Positions 22,350-31,627 of a stretch of 64,000 bases of DNA are shown piece by piece. Position numbers and translations under genes: made by a program. Each line of letters opens with the position of its first letter. Positions within the stretch are counted from its first letter, which is position 1. The notes beneath the pieces were generated by a model. The model was given only the letters and a program-made list of their open reading frames with translations. It ran no database searches and was not told where the DNA came from. Origin of the DNA: Myxococcota bacterium (GTDB taxonomy: Bacteria > Myxococcota_A > UBA9160 > UBA4427); NCBI GenBank assembly GCA_965250285.1, contig OZ252299.1, forward strand, positions 4,928,001-4,992,000, in the 5' to 3' direction.

Positions 22350-22682
22350 CGAACACGTTCTCGTATCACTGTGTCGACGCTTGCGCGCACTCTTTTTCTC
22401 TTTTGATCCCGCGCAGCTACGCCGAGCACCCGGTGTTCTTGTCGCCTCGACGCCAAGATGGCGCGTCGTCGCAAGCCGAAGTGTGAAGAGATTCGCTGAC
22501 TCCGATCACCCTTCGAATCCGACGAAAGATGCACCCATCGACGCTCGCAAAGCCTTTCCAACCGTGCGCCATGCGGATATGGTTCGACGTCGCGTACCGA
22601 GGTCAGGGAGGGTTCCCTACCCCGGACGCACCGGGAAATGCGATCGGCGTCACACGAAGGCACCCGTCGATCGCGCACGGCT

Positions 22683-22728
22683 TCGAAGCAAGACATCGAA
22701 GCAAGACATCGAAGCTAGACATCGAAGC
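22683..22728. repeat. 13-bp tandem repeat (about 3.5 copies)
   Basis: TCGAAGCAAGACA at 22683 and 22696, TCGAAGCTAGACA at 22709, partial at 22722. Confidence 0.85.
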
Positions 22729-23454
22729 GTCGTTCCCGGCAACAGAGGTCGGTCACCGCCTTTCCTGGTGACGAAGGGATGGACGAGCTTGAATCAATCC
22801 TTCGAGGCTTAGCGGCACCGGGCGGTACATCGACCGCACCAGCCACGAGGTTCTCGACGGGCAACGGCTTCGCTCCGTTCCCGAGCTAGCGGCACAACGC
22901 AATCGCACGATCCCGAGAGCCCGAGCGGGCTCAGGCAACGAGAGATCAAGCGTCTTGCGAGCGACACCCCCCAGAAAGAAAAGGCTCTGCTGCCCCCCGC
23001 TGCATGGCTTTGGTGCTTCCTGAAACGCAGGAAGCGTTGGGTGTTCTCGAAGCCACCGGTCTTGCCGGTGGCACTGACGCGAAGGTCGTCCGTCGTCGGA
23101 TGGCCGGGTCTGGTCTGCCAGGGAGAGATGCGTGCGTCTCGTCCAGCCGATGATCGTGAACGTCGCCGCCGGGCCGATGGCCCGCACGGCTGCATTCACC
23201 ATCACAGCGCAGTCTGAAAGCGTTCGTGTTTCGCTCGATGCGTCGAGCGAGCGAATGCGCCCGTCCGCCCGCGTGCCGGTGAGTTCCGGCAACGCACAGG
23301 CCCCCGTGTCCCTGCAGATCCCCCACCCCGTCTTTCGTGCTCTCCACGGCGGAGAGCCGGAGGGCGTCCTCACACCGATCGGTCCGACCGATCGTGGGGA
23401 CGCAGCGGTCGCTCAATGTCGGGCGACCCGATCCAATCCACAGGGAGAAACACG

Positions 23455-24729
23455 ATGCGATCCATGACCAGGATGATCGCCCTCGCTAGTGCTTGCCTTC
23501 TGGCAGTGTCTGGTGTGGCGATCGCAAACGAAGACGTCGACGCCCAGCTGCAGCAGCTGAACGAGCGCATGGAGCAGCTCGAGGGCGAGCTCGACGCAGC
23601 CAACGCCAAGGTCGAGGCGCAGGAAGAGGCGCTCGAAGATGCGCGGCCGGGCAGCAACGCGCTGTCGTCGTACATCGAGTCGACCGAGATCAGCGCCTGG
23701 GTGGCGGCCAGCTACAACATCAACTTCCGCAACCCCGACAAGACTGCCGGCAGCGTTGGCAATACCAACTACGGCTCGTTCGGCGGCACCTACAACCTGT
23801 TCTTCCCCGAGTCGAACACGGTGCAGCTCGACCAGGCCTGGATCGGCATCAACAAGGCGCCGACCGAGGAGTCGCGCGGCGGCTACAACCTCGACCTCGT
23901 CGGCGGTGCGGCAGCCAACGGTGCGACGTTCAACACGGGCGGAACCGACACTCCGTACTCGCTCGGCATCTACGCCGCATCGGCCAGCTACATGATGCCG
24001 ATCATGGACGGCTTCACGATCGAGGGTGGTCTCATCCCGACGTGGCAGGGCGCTGAGGTGGCGCAGATCACCCAGAACCTGAACATCATCCGCGGCATTC
24101 AGTGGAACACCCAGCCGGTCACGAACCTCGGCTTCACCGGCGCCCTCGACATGGGCGGCGGCTTCGTGGTCATGGTCGGTATGCTGAACAACTCGCTCGG
24201 CCTCGACGGTCCCCAGGACACGAACAACAACAAGGCCGTGACGTCGCGCGTGAACTACAGCGCCGACAAGTTCAGCATCGGGGCTGGCGTCAACTTCGGC
24301 AAGAACGACGTCACGACGGGCGCGCAGAAGCACCTGCTCTTCAACGCCCTCGCCTCGATCGACCCGACCGACAACCTGACCGCGTACGTCGACTACACGA
24401 TGAACGTGGGCAAGGGCGGCGGTCTCGATGCCAAGGTGCACGCGATCTCGATCGCGAGCCGGCTGGCCGTGCTCGACACCACGGGCATCGCGGTCCGCGG
24501 CGAGTACCTGAAGGACGACGATGGTCTGCTGTTCGCCGGTGGCGGCAAGGGCTGGACGGTCACGGGCACGATCGACCACTCGCTGACCGACAACCTCAAG
24601 ACCAACATCGAGGTCAAGTACGACGGTGCCGACTCGAGCAGCGGCGGCGGCTTCTGGAACAGCTCTGGCACGGCCTTCAGCGCTGATGGCCAGGTCATCG
24701 GCCTGATCCAGCTGGTCTACGAGTTCTAG
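23455..24729 (+). CDS. Outer-membrane beta-barrel porin (BBP2-like) with N-terminal coiled coil
   Basis: Signal peptide, coiled coil, Gly/Asn/aromatic-rich strands, C-terminal QLVYEF; strong codon bias; GGGAG RBS. Confidence 0.85.
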   Translation: MRSMTRMIALASACLLAVSGVAIANEDVDAQLQQLNERMEQLEGELDAANAKVEAQEEALEDARPGSNALSSYIESTEISAWVAASYNINFRNPDKTAGSVGNTNYGSFGGTYNLFFPESNTVQLDQAWIGINKAPTEESRGGYNLDLVGGAAANGATFNTGGTDTPYSLGIYAASASYMMPIMDGFTIEGGLIPTWQGAEVAQITQNLNIIRGIQWNTQPVTNLGFTGALDMGGGFVVMVGMLNNSLGLDGPQDTNNNKAVTSRVNYSADKFSIGAGVNFGKNDVTTGAQKHLLFNALASIDPTDNLTAYVDYTMNVGKGGGLDAKVHAISIASRLAVLDTTGIAVRGEYLKDDDGLLFAGGGKGWTVTGTIDHSLTDNLKTNIEVKYDGADSSSGGGFWNSSGTAFSADGQVIGLIQLVYEF

Positions 24730-24753
24730 ACCACCCGTCGGTGGATTGGTGTC

Positions 24754-24784
24754 GGCGCGGCGGGGCTCGCCCCCGTCGCGCCTT
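24754..24784 (+). terminator. GC-rich hairpin after the porin (possible terminator)
   Basis: GGCGCGGCGGGG-loop-CCCCGTCGCGCC, followed by TTC; no long U tract. Confidence 0.45.
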
Positions 24785-24896
24785 CACCGAACCCCGCACT
24801 GGTCGGCGCCCGCCTCAAAAAGGGGTGTCGACGAGATGCGCGAGCAAGCGGCCTGGCGGCCCGAGCTCGACCGACACGCTGCGAGCGCCGAACGCA

Positions 24897-24962
24897 ACGA
24901 GGGCGCTCTGCCCCACTCGCATCCCCATTCGGGGTCATGCGTGTGGCGCAGAGCGCCCTCGT
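24897..24962. repeat. Long inverted repeat between convergent genes
   Basis: ACGAGGGCGCTCTGC...GCAGAGCGCCCTCGT 15-bp perfect arms with a nested inner stem. Confidence 0.8.
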
Positions 24963-25039
24963 CGTTTGGGAGCGGCCGCGCTGCGAGCGGCCGTTGCTCG
25001 ATCGAGGGGCCGGCCCACGCCGGACCCCCGCCGCCTGGA

Positions 25040-25408
25040 TCAGATGGTCCAGGTCGGGGTGATCTCGAGCTTCTCCATCTTCGAGTAGAGCGTGCGTCGA
25101 CCGATGCCGAGCATGCGTGCGGCCGCGCTGCGGTTGCCCTTGCATGCACGGAGCGCCTGGGTGATTCGCCAGGCCTCGGCGAGGTCGAGCCATGCGCGCA
25201 GCGTGTCGAGGCGTTCGCCTTCACGCTCGAGGCGGCTCGCGTGCTGAAGGAACCGCGCGAACTCTTCGCTCGCACTGAAGTTACCCGGAACCGATGCGTC
25301 GGCCCCGTTGAGGGGGTTGGACTCGTGACCCAGGGGCTGGGTCGCCTGCTCATCGACGACGCGCAGCGGCTTGGTGGCGGGTCTGTCGAACGGGGTGTCG
25401 TTGGTCAT
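25040..25408 (-). CDS. Stand-alone Fis-type (HTH_8) DNA-binding protein
   Basis: ITQALRACKGNRSAAARMLGIGRRTLYSKMEKL; start could also be 25414. Confidence 0.75.
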   Translation of the reverse strand: MTNDTPFDRPATKPLRVVDEQATQPLGHESNPLNGADASVPGNFSASEEFARFLQHASRLEREGERLDTLRAWLDLAEAWRITQALRACKGNRSAAARMLGIGRRTLYSKMEKLEITPTWTI

Positions 25409-25532
25409 GCTCACTGAGGAATCCTCGAATGGGACCGAGATAGGGCGTGGATCTCGGCCCGGTTGCGGGGTGTTTCACCGGAAGCACCCCAAGCCGAGAC
25501 GCCACGAGACGTCCCGACTCGAACCCCCGTTT

Positions 25533-25549
25533 TGCAAGGGCCGTTCCCA
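25533..25549 (-). promoter_or_regulatory. sigma54 -24/-12 promoter upstream of the Fis-like gene
   Basis: TGGGAACGGCCCTTGCA (GG-N10-GC). Confidence 0.6.
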
Positions 25550-25889
25550 GTTTTCATCCCCGAGGGCTGTCCGGTTTTCGCATCACGTCCGCGCGCTGTG
25601 GGGCATGTTGGCGAGCAGACGCGATCATGTGTCTCGACCCGAAGACCGGCTCGGAGCCGGTTTGAGCCGCGCGTTGCGCACCCGCTGAGCAGACTCTGCC
25701 CAATGCCTGTGCAGGGATCGGCACGAGCCCACGGCCGGGCGCAACTCGTCGCTCGTGCGGCCATCGGTTGTGCGAGAAAGTGCGCAACCCTGGGCGTGTT
25801 GCGGGGTTCGAGCCAACGTGGCCCGACCTTCGCGCGTGCGGGCCCAACCTTCGCTCGTGAGTGAATGCGTGCCCGCTGGAGAGCACTCG

Positions 25890-27968
25890 ATGCCCAGAAT
25901 CGATCGCCTGTCTCGGCCGAGCGCGACCGCCGCTCGCCGTCGGCGGGGCCGGTGGGCCCGTGTGTCCGTCATGGCGGGCTTGTGGGTCTGGCTCGGAGCG
26001 TCGGGCTGGGACGCCGCGTGGGCGGCGATCCCCAAGACCTTCCCCCCGCCGGCCGAGACCGCGTGGGCGCCGGCGGGTTGCCGCGCCGTTTCGCCGAGCG
26101 ATGCGGTGCTCGGACCGCGTGTCGGTTGGCGCAACCTGCACGGCGATGCCGCCAGCAGCGACGAGGTCGAGACCGTCCACGCACCGATGTTCGTCGAAGA
26201 CTGGGTCGCCGAATCGAACACCTTCAACGTGACCGGGCCGGTCTTCGACGCCCAGGGCGATCTCTACTTCGCCCCGCTGCGGCCTTACGAGGACGTGATC
26301 CTGATCTCGGTCGACGGCCAGACCGGCGCACGTCGCTTCGCGATCGCCGACGCCGGCACGGGTGCGCCCACCGGCACCAGCGCGCCGCTGGTGCTCGAGG
26401 ATCCGTCGAATCCCGGCGACCAGATCGTGTACCACGCGGTGTATGACCGCGTGGTCGCCCTGCAGACCGACGGGACGATCGTCTGGGATGAGCCGAGCGG
26501 ACTTTCGCTGCCGATCGATCCAGACACCGCTCAGGTGTTCGGCCTGGTCTACGTGCCCCAGGTCGACGGCATCCTGGGCCTCACAGTCGATGGTCTGCTC
26601 TTCGGCCTCGATCGTGCGACGGGCTCGCCGATCTTGACGGCCCCGCATAGCCTGCCTGGCTCGCCGTCGCCCGAGGGCGAGGTCGGCGGCGGTCTGCTCA
26701 CCCCCGAGCAGATCGAAACGGTTCGGGCCGAGCTCGCTCAGCTCATCGATCTGCCCGAAGGCGACGACGATGGCCTGGGGACGCTGCTGGGCAACGGGGT
26801 CGAGGTCGCCAACCACTTCTCGGTCGATGCGCACACCGGTGCGATCTGGATCGCCGCGACCGCGCCCGACGGCGACGACGGCACCGTCGATGGCGTCTCC
26901 GAGCTCGGTGCGCTCTATCGAATCGACCTCAGCGCGAACGGGGCGGGCTACGACGTCGTCGAAACCTGCTCAGCCTCGTTCGTCGGCGGATCGGCGTCGA
27001 CGCCCGCGCTCAGCGCAGATGGCACCCGCGTCTACGTCGCCGACAACCAGGGGCGCCTGATCGCGATCGACGCCGGCTGCAACGAGGTGTGGAGCCTCTC
27101 GCTGGGCGCCCAGATCGTCGGCTCGATCGCGGTTGCCTCGGACAACGGCGAGCTGTACGCGGCGACCGCGGCGCAGATCTTCCAGGTGATCGACACCGGC
27201 GCCAGCGGCGTCGCCGGCTGGACGGCCGACATCGACGTCTACACGCTGGGCGGCATCGAGCAGCAGACGAATCTCAACCTCGTATCGATCGGAGAGAACG
27301 GTCTCTACTTTCAGGCGGGCGCAGGCGTGATCGCCGTGGCGCCCTCGGTCGCGGGCGTCGGTCTGCTCGATCGGGCCGATGGTTCGGTGCGATCCTACGT
27401 CGCGGGCTTCGACGAAACCGTGGCGGTGATGAGCACGGCCCCCGACGGCACGCTCTACATCGGCAACTCGCCGCTGCGCCGCGCGATCGCCCGCGCGGTC
27501 GTGCCGGCCGCTACGCCCCCGCTCGTCGGCGGCGTGACGCGCTACGCCCCCGCGCGCCTCGACCTGTTGGTGCGGGACGCGGCGTGCGCCGGTGAGGTGC
27601 GCGCAGCCAACGCGGCGGCGGTGGCCGGGACGTGTCCGGCATCGAGCGCCGCCGATGCGAACCAAGTTCAGATCCTCATCGATCAGGCGCGCGATGCGGG
27701 GCCGATCGCGGTCGGCGACGGCGACTTCTCCGCGCCGCAGTGGGCCTCGGTCGCAGGCTGGCTCGATGCCGCCGAGTCGAGTCTCGGCGAGGGGGACCTG
27801 ATCGGGGCAGGCGACGCCCTCGGCAACGCATGTGGCGTCGCGGCGGGTGCGTCCGCGGTGCCGAGCGTCGGCGACGCCGCACGCGTCGTCTTGGTGCTCA
27901 TGCTCGCGCTGCTCGGCGTCGTGAGCATCGTTGTGCTGCGACTTCGCGCCACCGCCTCGCGCACGTGA
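25890..27968 (+). CDS. Secreted PQQ-like beta-propeller protein with C-terminal membrane anchor
   Basis: Signal peptide; repeated W..D/G..W propeller-type motifs; C-terminal VPSVG, TM helix and basic tail. Confidence 0.7.
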   Translation: MPRIDRLSRPSATAARRRRGRWARVSVMAGLWVWLGASGWDAAWAAIPKTFPPPAETAWAPAGCRAVSPSDAVLGPRVGWRNLHGDAASSDEVETVHAPMFVEDWVAESNTFNVTGPVFDAQGDLYFAPLRPYEDVILISVDGQTGARRFAIADAGTGAPTGTSAPLVLEDPSNPGDQIVYHAVYDRVVALQTDGTIVWDEPSGLSLPIDPDTAQVFGLVYVPQVDGILGLTVDGLLFGLDRATGSPILTAPHSLPGSPSPEGEVGGGLLTPEQIETVRAELAQLIDLPEGDDDGLGTLLGNGVEVANHFSVDAHTGAIWIAATAPDGDDGTVDGVSELGALYRIDLSANGAGYDVVETCSASFVGGSASTPALSADGTRVYVADNQGRLIAIDAGCNEVWSLSLGAQIVGSIAVASDNGELYAATAAQIFQVIDTGASGVAGWTADIDVYTLGGIEQQTNLNLVSIGENGLYFQAGAGVIAVAPSVAGVGLLDRADGSVRSYVAGFDETVAVMSTAPDGTLYIGNSPLRRAIARAVVPAATPPLVGGVTRYAPARLDLLVRDAACAGEVRAANAAAVAGTCPASSAADANQVQILIDQARDAGPIAVGDGDFSAPQWASVAGWLDAAESSLGEGDLIGAGDALGNACGVAAGASAVPSVGDAARVVLVLMLALLGVVSIVVLRLRATASRT

Positions 27969-28131
27969 AACCGAGCGACCTGCGCGTTCGTTTCATCGCG
28001 GCGCTCAAACGGTGGTTCGTGGGGGTCGATCCATCGCATCGTAAAGCGCAGAGCTGCTAAGGTCCGCGCCCCGATCTCGGATCCGCTGCTCCCCCCCGCT
28101 CGCGATCCACCGAGGGCGCGCGCGCCTTGGC

Positions 28132-29850
28132 GTGCCGCCGTGGAGCTGTTCGCTGGTGTCGTCGCGGATCCGATTGCGAACCTGGCAGAAAGAGGCGCTC
28201 GCCAGGCTCTCGTCGCATCCGCACCGAAACTTTCTCGCCGTCGCGACGCCGGGCGCGGGCAAGACGACCTTCGCACTGGCGGCGCTGCGCCGTTCGCTCG
28301 TCGCGCAGCAGGCCCGCCGCTGCGTGGTCGTCGTGCCGACCCAGCACCTCAAGCTGCAGTGGGCGCTCGCCGCCGAGCGATTCGACATCCACATCGACCC
28401 CGACTGGTCTGCAGGCGACGGCGTGTTGCCGTCGGACGTCCACGGGATCGCGGTGACGTACCAGCAGGTGGCCGCGAACCCGGATGCGCTGCGCCGGCTC
28501 GTCGGTGAGGCGTTCGTCGTGCTCGACGAGATCCACCACGCCGCCGACGCGCGAAGCTGGGGTGATGGCGTGCGGCACGCGTTCGAGCGCGCTCCGCTCC
28601 GGCTGTGTCTGTCGGGGACGCCGTTTCGGAGTGACCAGAGCACGATCCCCTTCGTCCGATACGTCGGGGAGGAGGCCGAGGCCGACTACGAGTACGGCTA
28701 CGGCGAAGCGCTGCGCGATGGCCGCGTCGTGCGACCCGTGTACTTCCCGCGCATCGGCGGCCAGATGGAGTGGACCGCGCCCGACGGCCAGTCGTACGCC
28801 GCGAGCTTCGAAGACCCGCTCGCGCGCACGCTGGCCAGTCAGCGCCTGCGCACGGCGCTCGACGTCGAGGGCGAGTGGCTGCCGGCCGTGCTGGCGAAGG
28901 CGCACCGTCAGGTGATGCACCTGCGCCGCGACGATCCGCGGGCGGCCGGCATGGTGATCGCGATGGATCAGGACCACGCGCACGGCATCGCGAGAATCCT
29001 GACCGAGCGCCTCGGCGTGAAACCGACGGTGGCGGTCTCCGAAGACCCCGACGCGTCTCGCCGCATCGCCGCGTTCACCGAAGGGCACGATCCGTGGATC
29101 GTCGCGGTGCGGATGGTGAGCGAAGGCGTCGACATCCCTCGCCTGGCGGTGGGTGTCTATGCGACCAACACGATGACCGATCTGTTCTTTCGCCAGGCGG
29201 TCGGTCGCCTCGTCCGCGTGAGCGCGGGCGCGGCACCGCAGCGCGCGTACATGTTCATCCCCGACGACGCGCGGCTTCGGGGCTTCGCCTTCGGGATCGC
29301 AGAGCAGCGCCGGCACAGCCTGAAGAAGAAGGAAGCCGACGGCGAGGTCGATGCATTTGCCGAGGCCGACGAGGAGGCTGCCCGCGCCGCCCGCGACGAG
29401 CAGATGTCGCTCTTCGCGGCGATCTCGGCGGTGCCCCTCGATGAAGCGGGGCAGCCGCTCGACGAGCAGGCGGTCGTCGACGCGCCGGCCGCCGACGAGG
29501 CCGGCGACGTCGACGTGATCCCGGGCCTGGTTCGAGAGGACGTCGCCGAGCCCGAACGCCCGGCCGTCGACGCGCCCTTCGAGCTGACGCCCTTGTTCGA
29601 GGAGCCGGTGCCGACGCCCGAGCCCGAACCGGCTCCCCAGCTCACCTTCTCACCGCGCAGCAAGAAGCGCGAGCTGCGCGAGCGCAACAGCGCGTGTGTG
29701 CGCAGCCTCGTTCACCGAATGCGAATGCCGCACGCCGACGTGAACGCCGAGCTCAATCGTCGGGTGGGCATTCGGCGCATCACCGAGGCGACGGTCGATC
29801 AGCTCGAGCGCCGCCTGGCCGTGGCAGAGAAGTGGCTGCGCGGTCGTTGA
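28132..29850 (+). CDS. Superfamily II DEAD/DEAH-box helicase
   Basis: LRTWQ, ATPGAGKT, DEIHH, SGTPFR, MVSEGVDIP, QAVGR; start uncertain. Confidence 0.88.
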   Translation: MPPWSCSLVSSRIRLRTWQKEALARLSSHPHRNFLAVATPGAGKTTFALAALRRSLVAQQARRCVVVVPTQHLKLQWALAAERFDIHIDPDWSAGDGVLPSDVHGIAVTYQQVAANPDALRRLVGEAFVVLDEIHHAADARSWGDGVRHAFERAPLRLCLSGTPFRSDQSTIPFVRYVGEEAEADYEYGYGEALRDGRVVRPVYFPRIGGQMEWTAPDGQSYAASFEDPLARTLASQRLRTALDVEGEWLPAVLAKAHRQVMHLRRDDPRAAGMVIAMDQDHAHGIARILTERLGVKPTVAVSEDPDASRRIAAFTEGHDPWIVAVRMVSEGVDIPRLAVGVYATNTMTDLFFRQAVGRLVRVSAGAAPQRAYMFIPDDARLRGFAFGIAEQRRHSLKKKEADGEVDAFAEADEEAARAARDEQMSLFAAISAVPLDEAGQPLDEQAVVDAPAADEAGDVDVIPGLVREDVAEPERPAVDAPFELTPLFEEPVPTPEPEPAPQLTFSPRSKKRELRERNSACVRSLVHRMRMPHADVNAELNRRVGIRRITEATVDQLERRLAVAEKWLRGR

Positions 29851-29967
29851 GTGTCCCGCGCGACGCGGGCGAGGGCGGCCAAGCCGACCATCGACTCTCC
29901 CTCGATGCATCGGTCGCGCGCGACACGTGCAGCGGTCGAGCGCCAACCCGTCGGGGCGACGACGCGG

Positions 29968-30618
29968 TCAGCGGCGCGACAGCATCTCGGCCGCGGCGTG
30001 CTGGCCTGCCTGGTTCAGGTGCACCGAGTCGCGATAGTGGGCTCGGAGCGAGAGCACCTCACCGAGGTCGCCCGCGCACGTCACGCGGTCGTCGCTCGCG
30101 CAGATGCGTCGATCGACGACTGCCTGCGCGTCGAGGAACACGTTCCGCGGATCGTCTTCGGCGGCATAGACGCGCGGCGAGGTCACGATGCGGATCTCGC
30201 GCGCCGGGATGCGCGCGATGATCGCGCGCAGGTTCGCCTCGTATCGCTCGGGTGACGATGCGGGGTCGACGACCAGATCGTTCGTCCCGAGCATGATCCA
30301 CCAGACGTCATTCTCGTCGGTTCGGTCGATCCACCAGCAGGGCTCGGTGCAGGCGTCGACGACCTGGTGGGTCGAGAGGCCGCCACGTGCCTTGTTGACG
30401 TAGTCGTCGCCGAAGAGCAGCTCGGGCCAGGCCTGCCAGTCGTCGGTGCGGGGCGTCGAATTCGAATCGCCGAGCACGACGTTCGTGCCGCCTTCGCGCG
30501 GGGCCTCGGTTGCGCCACACGCTGCGAGGCACGCGGCGAGCAAAGCCGCGGCGAGCCGGGCGGCTGCGCGCTCGACGAAGCCGCTGCGTTCTCGCGATGC
30601 GTCGCCTCTCTGATCCAC
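29968..30618 (-). CDS. SGNH/GDSL hydrolase, probable lipoprotein
   Basis: LAAC lipobox, VLGDSN, NKARGG, MLGTND, DSVH; start uncertain. Confidence 0.78.
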   Translation of the reverse strand: MDQRGDASRERSGFVERAAARLAAALLAACLAACGATEAPREGGTNVVLGDSNSTPRTDDWQAWPELLFGDDYVNKARGGLSTHQVVDACTEPCWWIDRTDENDVWWIMLGTNDLVVDPASSPERYEANLRAIIARIPAREIRIVTSPRVYAAEDDPRNVFLDAQAVVDRRICASDDRVTCAGDLGEVLSLRAHYRDSVHLNQAGQHAAAEMLSRR

Positions 30619-30660
30619 CGCCACCGAGTCTACACCCGGCGATACCTCGACGTGGTGTCT

Positions 30661-30823
30661 TCGCCGATCCCCGCCGTGAACCCGACGCGTCGCTCTCAGG
30701 GCACGATCGCGAACGTCGCCGTCGCGGTCGTAATGTCGCCGCTGCCCGCCGCGAACCCGACGTGTCGCTCTCAGGGCACGATCGTGAACGTCGCCGTCGC
30801 GGTCGTGATGTCGCCGCTGCCCG
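30661..30823. repeat. 75-bp tandem duplication of the lipoprotein 3' end
   Basis: TCAGGGCACGATCG.GAACGTCGCCGTCGCGGTCGT.ATGTCGCCGCTGCCCG at 30696 and 30771; partial copy from about 30661. Confidence 0.92.
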
Positions 30824-31544
30824 AGGCGCCCGCGACGTTCATGTCGAGGCTGGTCGCATCGACGACCTCCGTGATGAACACCTCGGTGCCGCCGGTGAAG
30901 CCGGCCGACGTGCCACCGTTGCGCGTCGCGCCCTCGAAGCAGCGGAACGAGCCGTACTCGCCGCTGCCCGAGAACCAGGCGCAGTCGACGTCGACGGCGC
31001 CATCTCGCGTGAAGAGCACGTAGAGCTTCTGACCGTTGCCGGGGTTGCCCACCGCCGGGATGCTCGAAGGCAGCGTGAGCGTCTCGGGGGCACCGAGGTC
31101 GACGTCGGCGTCGAACCAGCGGCTGCCGCCGGTGCCGCCATTCTTCTTCGATGCGACGAGCACGACCGAAGCGGTCGACACATCGACGCTCGAGAGCGTG
31201 GTCGTGGTGCCGAGGGTCGTGTCGACGTAGATCGCGCCGTTCGAGCACGTGATCTCGTAGCCGTCGGCCAGCAGCGAGCTCGCGCAGCCCACGCCGTCGG
31301 CGCCATCGACGCCCGCGGTACCGGGTGCGCCCGGCGCTCCCGGTGCGCCGGCTGCCCCATCGCTGCCGTCGGCGCCGTCGAAGATCTCGACCGAGGTGCC
31401 ATCCGCGCAGCTGATCATCGCGCCTCCGGCCGTGTCGGTGACCGTGCATGAGCTTCCGTCGAGGCCGTCGTCGCCGTTGTCGGCACAGGCCGTCGCGAGA
31501 GCGAGCGCGGTGAGGGCGAGCAGCATGGGCTGAAGTCTTCGCAT
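30771..31544 (-). CDS. Lipoprotein with collagen-like Gly-X-Y stretch
   Basis: MRRLQPMLLALTALALATAC; GADGSDGAAGAPGAPGAPGTAGVDGADG; paired Cys residues; GGAG RBS. Confidence 0.75.
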   Translation of the reverse strand: MRRLQPMLLALTALALATACADNGDDGLDGSSCTVTDTAGGAMISCADGTSVEIFDGADGSDGAAGAPGAPGAPGTAGVDGADGVGCASSLLADGYEITCSNGAIYVDTTLGTTTTLSSVDVSTASVVLVASKKNGGTGGSRWFDADVDLGAPETLTLPSSIPAVGNPGNGQKLYVLFTRDGAVDVDCAWFSGSGEYGSFRCFEGATRNGGTSAGFTGGTEVFITEVVDATSLDMNVAGASGSGDITTATATFTIVP

Positions 31545-31627
31545 CGGTGCATCTCCGTGGGCGTTCGACTGCTCTATCGGTCGAATTCCGCGGAGACTGG
31601 AGCGCTGGGTCAGCGCCCCGCATGGGC

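Noticed and set aside
30618..30830. Diversity-generating retroelement template/variable repeat pair
   Set aside because: No reverse transcriptase in the window, only two mismatches, and the copies are directly adjacent
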